Positions 48,196 to 55,539 of a stretch of 64,000 bases of DNA are shown here, one piece after another. The translations under genes were made by a program, and so were the position numbers. Location of the stretch: IMG/VR virus record IMGVR_UViG_3300020465_001196; one strand, 5' to 3'. The notes below the pieces were generated by a model, which had not been told where the DNA came from, did no database searches, and was given only the letters and a program-made list of their open reading frames with translations. Numbering within the stretch: position 1 is the stretch's first letter; each line of letters starts with the position of its first letter. Source of the stretch: a virus. Lineage: Duplodnaviria > Caudoviricetes.

Positions 48196-48638
48196 ACTTT
48201 TCTACCTGCTGTCTTTAAATCTTCTCTTGCTACTACCATATAAGGTCCTTTATTATATGCTGGTGCAATTGAATATTGTCTACTTACTTCTAATCTTTCT
48301 TTTTCTTCACGCCAATTTCTTGTAGCACCACCACCAATTTTATTACTCAACTTAGGTTCTTGTTTGGCAGGAGTGGAAGGATTCGAACCCTCACTTACGG
48401 TTTTGGAGACCGACGTGCTAACCGTTGACACTACACTCCTAGTTGTAGTAACGGGTGGCTTGTATTTGCCACGTCTATAATCAATATAATCTTGCTCTGT
48501 CATTTGTGGTAACCCTTTGCTTTTTAAAAATTTATTTTGTTCTTTGAACCCTTGCATATAATATTCAGTTTTCTTAGGTTTAGTCTTTCGCTTCTTTGTA
48601 TTCAGAGTGGTTAAGCCACGTTCTAAGTGCATTGTCAT
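48192..48638 (-). CDS. Conserved phage protein (C-terminal IAPAYNKGPY motif) carrying an in-frame tRNA
   Basis: Phage-type N-terminus MHL..GLTT.NTKKRK and C-terminus APAYNKG; own promoter; ATGA-coupled to the downstream gene. Confidence 0.7.
   Translation of the reverse strand: MTMHLERGLTTLNTKKRKTKPKKTEYYMQGFKEQNKFLKSKGLPQMTEQDYIDYRRGKYKPPVTTTRSVVSTVSTSVSKTVSEGSNPSTPAKQEPKLSNKIGGGATRNWREEKERLEVSRQYSIAPAYNKGPYMVVAREDLKTAGRKV
48365..48440 (-). tRNA. trnW: tRNA-Trp(CCA), nested inside the CDS on the same strand
   Basis: AGGAGTG/CACTCCT acceptor stem, GTGT/GCAC D-stem, loop CT-CCA-AA, GAGGG-TTCGAAT-CCTTC T-arm, G73, encoded CCA; 76 nt. Confidence 0.88.
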
Positions 48639-48644
48639 AGTATT

Positions 48645-48672
48645 AATATAACACATATTAGTCTTTTGTCAA
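48645..48672 (-). promoter_or_regulatory. Sigma70-type promoter, leaderless mRNA
   Basis: TTGACA-N16-TATATT with TGn extension; ATG at +7. Confidence 0.7.
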
Positions 48673-48689
48673 CCAAAAAGACTAATCTT

Positions 48690-48887
48690 TTATTGGCCAA
48701 AAAGTTGAGAAAATAAAATATAGTCTATCCAAAAGGTTATCTGACTCATTAATAGTACTGAAACCCAATAATTATATTCATACTTTACATTATACTTTTG
48801 GCCAATATACATAAAAAATCTAACTAATATTCCTCCAACTAACAATACTCGTAAGGTATAGAGAAAATTAGCTACTAAAAATTCCAT
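48690..48887 (-). CDS. Two-TM membrane protein
   Basis: 65-aa hydrophobic ORF. Confidence 0.55.
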   Translation of the reverse strand: MEFLVANFLYTLRVLLVGGILVRFFMYIGQKYNVKYEYNYWVSVLLMSQITFWIDYILFSQLFGQ

Positions 48888-49927
48888 TATGCTGTTGCTG
48901 GTTGCTTCGCTTCTTTTTTATCAGTCATTTGTTGTTCAGCTACAATAAATGGTGGTTTTCTATTTTTTGAACTGTGGTTTAATAATGATAATGTTCTAGT
49001 AAAAATTAAATCAAGTTCTTTATCTAATGTTTTCTTTACCAGACCTTGTTGTTTAGCAATAGATATTACACCTCCAACTCCTGCAACAAACTCAGGTACA
49101 TACACTACATTTTTTCCATGCATATTATATCCTGCTTTATTACTTTGAAGTTGAGCATCAGTAACTCCTACTACATTTGATCCTTTTAACTCTATTGTAG
49201 ATTTTTTATCTAATTGATCTGCACTTCCACATAAAACATATAAATCAGATGGAACTGTGTGTGCTTCTTCAGTTGTACAAGTTCCAAAATGCATATGAGC
49301 ATATAACTCATTTATATTATTTTGATTAGTATCACAAACTGTAATATTTGCTCCTGCACGTTCTAACAATTGTGCTACTTCAGAACCTAATTTACCTACA
49401 CCATTAATTACTATGTGCTTGTATTGTAAATTTTTATTACCATGTAAAAACTGTTGTAATGCTCTTATTGAGTAATAAGCACCTTTTGCCTGTGCTTTAA
49501 AAAATAATTCATTATCTATTTTAAGTACATTTTCATTTGACTCACAAAGATGTTCAATAGCAAGTTCGTCAATTTCACTTTCAACAAAAGATAAAATAGA
49601 ATCTTTGTTTGAAGCAAGTATTGTGCTTAACTGGTCAATTACTTTTCTAATATTTTTTATTGCTGATGAATTTATTGTAATTGCTCCCCCAGTATATGGA
49701 AGTCCAGCATAAAAAACTTTTTTAGACATTGTACTTGTATATTTTAATGTTTGTTCTAGTTGTTGATTGTGTGATGAATATTCTTCAAATTTAATCGCAC
49801 ACAAACTAATATGATTTTGATTCATTATTTTTTGTGTAGCAATTATAGATTCTAAACCACTTTCTGGTTCAGTTACACGGATTACCTTCTCATACCCTTC
49901 TTGAGAAATCGTATCTATTTGTATCAT
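48887..49927 (-). CDS. Degenerate Glu/Leu/Phe/Val dehydrogenase homologue
   Basis: EPESGL..II, INGVGKLG, VVYVPEFV..GGVI; GGAI in place of catalytic GGGK. Confidence 0.75.
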   Translation of the reverse strand: MIQIDTISQEGYEKVIRVTEPESGLESIIATQKIMNQNHISLCAIKFEEYSSHNQQLEQTLKYTSTMSKKVFYAGLPYTGGAITINSSAIKNIRKVIDQLSTILASNKDSILSFVESEIDELAIEHLCESNENVLKIDNELFFKAQAKGAYYSIRALQQFLHGNKNLQYKHIVINGVGKLGSEVAQLLERAGANITVCDTNQNNINELYAHMHFGTCTTEEAHTVPSDLYVLCGSADQLDKKSTIELKGSNVVGVTDAQLQSNKAGYNMHGKNVVYVPEFVAGVGGVISIAKQQGLVKKTLDKELDLIFTRTLSLLNHSSKNRKPPFIVAEQQMTDKKEAKQPATA

Positions 49928-49943
49928 TTATTATCTCCAATTA

Positions 49944-50600
49944 TTATTTGGTTGATTGTTCATTGGTTGGTTTTTGTAAAACGAAAACTAAATTTCTTTC
50001 GTCAAACGGTTTATCTGGATCATTTTGATCAGTTAGTTGAATAGTAAAATCAGTAGCAACTAAAATGTGCCATCCTGTTCTCATCATTAATGCTCCCCAC
50101 ATTTTAACATCCATAATTGAATAATGGTTCGCAATTCTTTCTAACGGTCTATGATTATTTGGTGCAGGCATTTCAATATACATTTTTCCGCCTGGTTTAC
50201 ACACTCTAAAATATTCCATTAATGTAAAGTATGGAAACGGTGAATGTTCTAGACAATGTCTTGAAAACATAAAGTCATAACTGTTATCTTCAAACGTCAT
50301 AAAAGATTGATCCATGTTTTCACATTTAAATCCTCTTTCAATAGTTTTGTCAACATCTTCTTGACTCATTGTAATACCTTGTAAGTTTTCAAAACCAGCT
50401 TCTTTAAATTTTGTCATTGCATACCCTTGTCCACAACCAATATCTAAAATAGAGATTGATTTATCTTCACCTATTTGATTTTCTAAAAGGTCTTTTACTA
50501 CCATATCTATCATACGTGTATGCATTGGAGTATCTGGTTCAGAGTATACTTCCGTTTTAATTAATTCTAAAAATGCTTCTATTTTTTTACTGTTTTCCAT
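49944..50600 (-). CDS. Class I SAM-dependent methyltransferase
   Basis: ILDIGCGQG; SRHCLEHS..L.EY.RV.KPGG; start moved to MENSKK because the track's extension runs through tRNA-Gly. Confidence 0.9.
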   Translation of the reverse strand: MENSKKIEAFLELIKTEVYSEPDTPMHTRMIDMVVKDLLENQIGEDKSISILDIGCGQGYAMTKFKEAGFENLQGITMSQEDVDKTIERGFKCENMDQSFMTFEDNSYDFMFSRHCLEHSPFPYFTLMEYFRVCKPGGKMYIEMPAPNNHRPLERIANHYSIMDVKMWGALMMRTGWHILVATDFTIQLTDQNDPDKPFDERNLVFVLQKPTNEQSTK

Positions 50601-50636
50601 TTTATTTTTCTTTACATTATTATTTATACTTTTATT

Positions 50637-50711
50637 TGGAGCGGGCAGAGGGATTCGAACCCTCGACCCCTTCGTTGGCAACGAAGTGCTCTACCACTGA
50701 GCTATGCCCGC
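50637..50711 (-). tRNA. trnG: tRNA-Gly(GCC)
   Basis: GCGGGCA acceptor strand, CTTCG-TTGCCAA-CGAAG anticodon arm, TTCGAAT, ends TCCA. Confidence 0.95.
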
Positions 50712-50723
50712 CTATATTAATAT

Positions 50724-51932
50724 TTATTTGCTAAACCTGTCTTTAATTTCTTTTAAACAAGTTAGAAAATAATCAACTTCTTTTTTTGTACTATATACAC
50801 CTGTTGATATTCTACAACTACCACTCCATCCTATTTGTCTGTGTAGCATTTGTGTACAATGATGTCCTGGGCGAGTTGCAATCCCATAAGCATCTAAAAA
50901 CATTGCCATATCTTGATGATGTACTCCATCAAGGTTAAATGAAATAACAGCACTACGTTCTTTTGTGCCAATAAATTTTACTCCATCTATTTGCGACATT
51001 TTTTCATAAGCATAATCTATTACTTCTTCTTCATGCTTAATCATTTCTTCAAATCCTGTGTCAACATAAAAGTTTAATGCTTCATGTAGCCCAACAATTT
51101 CTGTTACTGCTAATGTGCCAGCTTCCCATTTCTTAGAACCTTCTGCAAAGTCAACATTATCATGATCTACTGTTGCAACTGTTCCACCACCGCCTAGTGC
51201 AGGATCTAAATTATCAATCCATTTACGTTTTGCATACATAACACCAATACCACTTGGACCATACATCTTATGTCCACTCATTGCATAAAAGTCACAATCT
51301 AAATTTTGCATATCAACTTTAATGTGTGGTGCACCTTGTGTACCATCTACTGCAACTACAATGTTATGTTTTTTAGCAATTTCACAAACACGTTTAATGT
51401 CTATTACTTGCCCTGATGTATTAGATACATGAGTAATTGCAATAATTTTCGTACGATCAGTAATTAATGATTCTATTTCTTCAATATCGATTTGATGTTG
51501 CTCATTAACTTTTAAAAACTTTATAACTGCACCATTAAACTTACGTTGTAAATGCCATGGTATATAATTCGAATGATGTTCTATTTCTGTTGTAATAATT
51601 TCATAGCCTGGTTGCATTGTTCTACCAAATGCTGTTGCAACCATATTAATTGCTTCTGTGGCTGATTTTGTAAACACTATTTCATCTGGTTCATTTGCAT
51701 TAATAAAATCTGCAACTGCTTGTCTACTTTTTTCTACCAATGCCGTTGCATGATTTGATAATTCGTGTATGCTTCTTCCAATACTTGAATATTCTTCTGT
51801 CATAAACTTATTCATTCTATCAATTACACATTGTGGTTTTTGTGAAGAATTAGCACTATCAAAGTATACCAATGGCTTACCGCTGGGTAGCATTTTGTTT
51901 AGTATCGGAAAATGTTTTCTTATATGTTCCAT
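50724..51932 (-). CDS. sufS: SufS/CsdA-type cysteine desulfurase
   Basis: YFDSANSSQKP, EIEHHSN..PW, SGHKMYGPSGIG, RPGHHCTQ. Confidence 0.95.
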   Translation of the reverse strand: MEHIRKHFPILNKMLPSGKPLVYFDSANSSQKPQCVIDRMNKFMTEEYSSIGRSIHELSNHATALVEKSRQAVADFINANEPDEIVFTKSATEAINMVATAFGRTMQPGYEIITTEIEHHSNYIPWHLQRKFNGAVIKFLKVNEQHQIDIEEIESLITDRTKIIAITHVSNTSGQVIDIKRVCEIAKKHNIVVAVDGTQGAPHIKVDMQNLDCDFYAMSGHKMYGPSGIGVMYAKRKWIDNLDPALGGGGTVATVDHDNVDFAEGSKKWEAGTLAVTEIVGLHEALNFYVDTGFEEMIKHEEEVIDYAYEKMSQIDGVKFIGTKERSAVISFNLDGVHHQDMAMFLDAYGIATRPGHHCTQMLHRQIGWSGSCRISTGVYSTKKEVDYFLTCLKEIKDRFSK

Positions 51933-51980
51933 TGTTATTATATTTACGTCAATTTAATTGTGAATAACTTATAGTTAATT

Positions 51981-52056
51981 TGGTGGAGGATAGCGGGATC
52001 GAACCGCTGACCTCCTGAATGCAAATCAGGCGCTCTCCCAGCTGAGCTAATCCCCC
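51981..52056 (-). tRNA. trnA: tRNA-Ala(TGC)
   Basis: G3:U70 identity pair, CCTGA-TTTGCAT-TCAGG anticodon arm, TTCGATC, ends ACCA; 76 nt. Confidence 0.96.
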
Positions 52057-52060
52057 ACAG

Positions 52061-52216
52061 TTAGCATAACTCATAAGCAGGATTCTGTTCATTGCTATCA
52101 TTTACCTTTGCGTCCTACCCTGTGTCCCGGCAGTTGTTGACACTCTACTTGGACTTGCACATATCTGCCTGTGTCCTGACTTTCCTCTGTTTCCAGCGAT
52201 AGCCCGGTTATGCTAA
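52061..52216 (-). ncRNA. rnpB: Miniature RNase P RNA (156 nt)
   Basis: GAGGAAAGUCAGGA and AACAGAAUCCUGCUUA form P4; P1 UUAGCAUAAC/GUUAUGCUAA; P2 GCUAUC/GAUAGC; P3 CUG-GAAA-CAG; GGCAG/CUGCC helix; GGUAGG in the P15 region. Confidence 0.9.
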
Positions 52217-52223
52217 TGTATTT

Positions 52224-52252
52224 ACTATAATACATTTCTATAATTTTGTCAA
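52224..52252 (-). promoter_or_regulatory. Sigma70-type promoter of the RNase P RNA-tRNA-Ala unit
   Basis: TTGACA-N17-TATAGT; predicted +1 at A52217, adjacent to P1; overlapping TAAATA at 52219-52224. Confidence 0.85.
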
Positions 52253-52255
52253 TTG

Positions 52256-52471
52256 TTATTTGCTGTGTGGCGGAAGTTTCTTTTCAACCCACCAAATGTG
52301 TTTACGTGTAATTGGATCATATTTTCTAACTCTCAATTTATCGTTTTTCTTTTCGCCTTTGGTTGGTTTTTTAGCATAATAATAATATGCATGATCTTTC
52401 ATTTTAGAATCTTCTGGTACTAATCTAACTTTTAAATATGGTTTTTTTGTTTTAGTTTTATTTTTTGCCAT
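52256..52471 (-). CDS. rpmG: Ribosomal protein bL33 (Cys-free type)
   Basis: KVRLVP..YYY.KK....KLR.RKYDPI.RKH..W.EKK. Confidence 0.85.
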   Translation of the reverse strand: MAKNKTKTKKPYLKVRLVPEDSKMKDHAYYYYAKKPTKGEKKNDKLRVRKYDPITRKHIWWVEKKLPPHSK

Positions 52472-52700
52472 TTGGTTTGTTTTTATCAGAAATCAGCTTA
52501 TCTAATTTCTTTTCAACTCGCTTGTTTAGTTTATGAACTTCTTTATTTAATTCTTCTAAATGAGCAATGTGCTTTTGAAAATCTTGTAAACTAATAGTAT
52601 GTAATAATAATTTTTCTTCTAGTTCTTTTTGTGTGATTAATTTTTTAAGATACTTTGGGTGTCTTAATAAATCTATTACGTTACTCTTTGTTTTGCTCAT
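52458..52700 (-). CDS. Basic coiled-coil hypothetical protein
   Basis: 80-aa ORF; no RnpA RNR motif. Confidence 0.45.
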   Translation of the reverse strand: MSKTKSNVIDLLRHPKYLKKLITQKELEEKLLLHTISLQDFQKHIAHLEELNKEVHKLNKRVEKKLDKLISDKNKPNGKK

Positions 52701-53625
52701 ATGTTCTTTTTACAACTTTGCCTATGTTTACTCTATTATACAATTTATCTCTATGGAATTGCAACCAATTTTCACCACCTAATGCAATGTGGATACAATT
52801 ACTTGGCGTTAAATTGTATGTTTCACATACTTTAGTTTGTGCTTTACTATATTTATTCCACTGATGATCTGGACCAAAATGTGTCATAAGTTCTAAACTT
52901 ATTCTAGTGTTAAGGTGGCAACCATGAGTCCAATCTGCTTGTAAAGCCAATCTATTTTTACGTTCTCCTGATGTATAATCTATTTTTCCATGCCTACTAA
53001 ACCTTATACCAGCCCTATAATCGCCGGTACACAATCCTTTGGTTGTAGAGAAAGCAACTTCTTCTATTGCTGGATGTGATAAGTCTATGTTTATATTTGC
53101 ACACGTTCCAAACCAAGCCATGTCAACAAAAACAGGCACGTTAAGATCTTGTGCGGCATCAAATATTCTATGAGTAGAATGATGCATCATTCCTGTACCA
53201 CTAAATGGACAACTTACAATAACTGCATCTCCTTTTTGCAAAGGTCTATCATCAATAAAATTAGATTGGTTATCATCAAAAAATTTATGTACATCTCTAT
53301 TATAAGGATACTCACCTCTAAACATTCTTAAAGTTCTGCCTTCTTCTAATATTCTATAATGAAACTCGTCTAAAGATTGTGTTACTCCAACTGAAGGGAA
53401 ACGATAGTTGAACGTTTCTAAACCGCGAATACAATTTAATGTACTACTACCTACCCAGTCAGGATAGTAATCAACAAATTTCTGTTGACATTGCAAATCT
53501 TCTTTTAATGCTGTATTAAAAAAGTCTTTATCGAGCAAATATGATAAAAACTCTCCATTATAAATTGAATTTCCGTTTCGCTTAAACTCTGTGTTTGATT
53601 CTGTGTATTGTGATTTTTCTACCAT
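52681..53625 (-). CDS. Fold-type-I PLP-dependent enzyme-like protein
   Basis: GVTQSLD, VIVSCPFSGTG, VFVDMAW, FSTTKGL (putative PLP lysine), RAGIRF. Confidence 0.65.
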   Translation of the reverse strand: MVEKSQYTESNTEFKRNGNSIYNGEFLSYLLDKDFFNTALKEDLQCQQKFVDYYPDWVGSSTLNCIRGLETFNYRFPSVGVTQSLDEFHYRILEEGRTLRMFRGEYPYNRDVHKFFDDNQSNFIDDRPLQKGDAVIVSCPFSGTGMMHHSTHRIFDAAQDLNVPVFVDMAWFGTCANINIDLSHPAIEEVAFSTTKGLCTGDYRAGIRFSRHGKIDYTSGERKNRLALQADWTHGCHLNTRISLELMTHFGPDHQWNKYSKAQTKVCETYNLTPSNCIHIALGGENWLQFHRDKLYNRVNIGKVVKRTYEQNKE

Positions 53626-53951
53626 TATAAATCTTGTGCTACTGTTATTGTCATTCCATCCATTTCTGGATTAACTTGAATTTGACATCCAAGTCTTGAT
53701 TCGTCAGTAACTCCTTCAGCCATCTCTATCATATCTTTTTCATCTTCAGTAAAATCGTTTACTGCCCATTTAGAAGTTGATTCAATATATACATGGCAAG
53801 TGGCACAGGCACAACAACCTCCACAATCACCAAAATGATCCATTTGAATTTCTTTTATTATAACGTCTTTTAAAGTTTTACCAATTTCTGCATCTATAGT
53901 ATGCTTTTGACCTTTTCTGTCAATTAAATGAAGTGTTACTGTATCACTCAT
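53625..53951 (-). CDS. fdx: 2Fe-2S ferredoxin (ISC/adrenodoxin type)
   Basis: CGGCCACATCHVY; ESRLGCQI. Confidence 0.93.
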   Translation of the reverse strand: MSDTVTLHLIDRKGQKHTIDAEIGKTLKDVIIKEIQMDHFGDCGGCCACATCHVYIESTSKWAVNDFTEDEKDMIEMAEGVTDESRLGCQIQVNPEMDGMTITVAQDL

Positions 53952-54982
53952 AGATTAACTACTTTTTTCTTTTGCATCATTCTATTGTAAAAATTTATAC
54001 TAGCAAGATTTTTTGCTTTAGACTCACACATGATATCAAAATCATCTGTAAATGTCCAAGCCCATTCGTTAACAGCATCATTCCAATAGTAATCAGAATG
54101 TGCTCTCAGTTTTGCTTTCTTGTAACCAGACTCTAATAGTGTTTTGTAATTTGGCTTAATATTTGTTGCATGACCTGGTATCACATCTTCGCGAGATACA
54201 GAATAATGCATAGCAGGCCTAACGCCACGCCAACTATCAATAATACGTTTAATACGGTCGTCGCCTGGAGTAATATATTCTCCGGCACTATGAACCCAGT
54301 GATGGTGTATGTCGACAACTAATGCTACCTCCTTCTCAAGTTCTAATGAAGCATCTAAGCCCCACGAGTTTTCATCATTCTCAATTGTAATACAATTTCT
54401 TGCTTCAGTTGATAGCCTAGGCAACACATCAATAATACCTTGCGGGCCACGTTTACCTGATATATGTACATTACATTTAAAGTCTTGAAATGTTTTACCA
54501 TAACCCATCCAACGTGCAACATTAATATGATATTCAAATTCTTCTATACTTCTGTTTACTATATCATCACTTGCACTAGCCAATACTGTAAATTGACCAG
54601 GGTGCATACTAACTCTTACATCAAGTTTACGAGCAAGATTACCAACTGCTGGAAATGACTTTTCTAAATAGTCAACAACATCTGGCTTACGCCAAAAGTA
54701 TGACCAAGTTGGTTCTGTATATACAGGCAGTACATCACTACCAAGACGTACCATTCTTAAAGGTTGTGGCAAACTACCAACGTACTCAATTAGATTATAA
54801 AAAGCTGAAATATTATGTTGCATAATATCCCACAATCTTTGTTCAGCTACTTCTTTTGTTTGCCTATTCAACCAAGCAACTGTTGTAGACTTGGTATTGA
54901 ATGGTCGTTGTAATTCTTCTAGAAGTTTTTTCTTTTGCGATTGATCCGAATGCATATATTTACAAGCAAAACCTATTCTCAT
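53948..54982 (-). CDS. uvsE: UV-damage endonuclease UvsE/UVDE
   Basis: RIGFACKY, RLGSD, SMHPGQF, NVH, IENDE, DIHHHW, HSDY, DIMCESKAK. Confidence 0.93.
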   Translation of the reverse strand: MRIGFACKYMHSDQSQKKKLLEELQRPFNTKSTTVAWLNRQTKEVAEQRLWDIMQHNISAFYNLIEYVGSLPQPLRMVRLGSDVLPVYTEPTWSYFWRKPDVVDYLEKSFPAVGNLARKLDVRVSMHPGQFTVLASASDDIVNRSIEEFEYHINVARWMGYGKTFQDFKCNVHISGKRGPQGIIDVLPRLSTEARNCITIENDENSWGLDASLELEKEVALVVDIHHHWVHSAGEYITPGDDRIKRIIDSWRGVRPAMHYSVSREDVIPGHATNIKPNYKTLLESGYKKAKLRAHSDYYWNDAVNEWAWTFTDDFDIMCESKAKNLASINFYNRMMQKKKVVNL

Positions 54983-55443
54983 AACTTACCTAACTTTTTA
55001 ACTCTACGTTGATGTCTACCACCTTCAAAGTCTGTTGTAAAAAATACTTTCACAATTTTCTTTGCTTGACTTGTTGTTGTAAAGTCTGCACCTAAACATA
55101 ACACATTCGCGTTGTTATGTCTACGAGACATTTCTGCTTCTTTAGGTGTTCTACAAACTACTGCTCTAATATTCTTAAATCTATTTGCCGCAATGCTAAC
55201 TCCATAGCCAGAACCACATACTAATATACCATAATTATCTTTATCAAAATAATGTCCCATTTCTTTTACTACATCTGGATAATCAACTGATTTTCCTGCT
55301 TCATGTGGTTTTAAATTTTGTAATACTGCTATATTAAATTTTGTACCACCTTCTATATCATCTGGAGATACCCAATCTAATAATTTATGTTTTAATTCTA
55401 GGCCTCTATGATCAGAGCCTAATATAAGATCAATTGTTTTCAT
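54979..55443 (-). CDS. rpiB: Ribose-5-phosphate isomerase B
   Basis: GSDHRG, VDYPD, CGSGYG..AN, RRHNNANVLCLG, FEGGRHQRRV. Confidence 0.95.
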   Translation of the reverse strand: MKTIDLILGSDHRGLELKHKLLDWVSPDDIEGGTKFNIAVLQNLKPHEAGKSVDYPDVVKEMGHYFDKDNYGILVCGSGYGVSIAANRFKNIRAVVCRTPKEAEMSRRHNNANVLCLGADFTTTSQAKKIVKVFFTTDFEGGRHQRRVKKLGKL

Positions 55444-55449
55444 ATGTAT

Positions 55450-55478
55450 AGTATATTTAACAATCCTAAATTTGTCAA
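55450..55478 (-). promoter_or_regulatory. Sigma70-type promoter, leaderless rpiB mRNA
   Basis: TTGACA-N17-TATACT; ATG at +7. Confidence 0.85.
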
Positions 55479-55539
55479 GAGGAAACGTAGGAATTACCCA
55501 ACGTTTCCAAATGATCAAGATGTTCTGATTTGCCTTAAA

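Noticed and set aside
50601-50681. N-terminal extension MPTKGSRVRIPLPAP of the methyltransferase as a second tRNA-in-CDS case
   Set aside because: It starts inside tRNA-Gly with no RBS; unlike the Trp case there is no protein-like sequence upstream; the real start is 50600
52100-52125. GGACGCAAAG as a c-di-GMP-I riboswitch
   Set aside because: It lacks the GGCAAAC/GNRA P2 partner and is better explained as the J15/18 region of the RNase P RNA
52458-52700. Basic ORF near rnpB as an RnpA protein
   Set aside because: No RNR motif or alpha/beta pattern; it looks like a coiled coil
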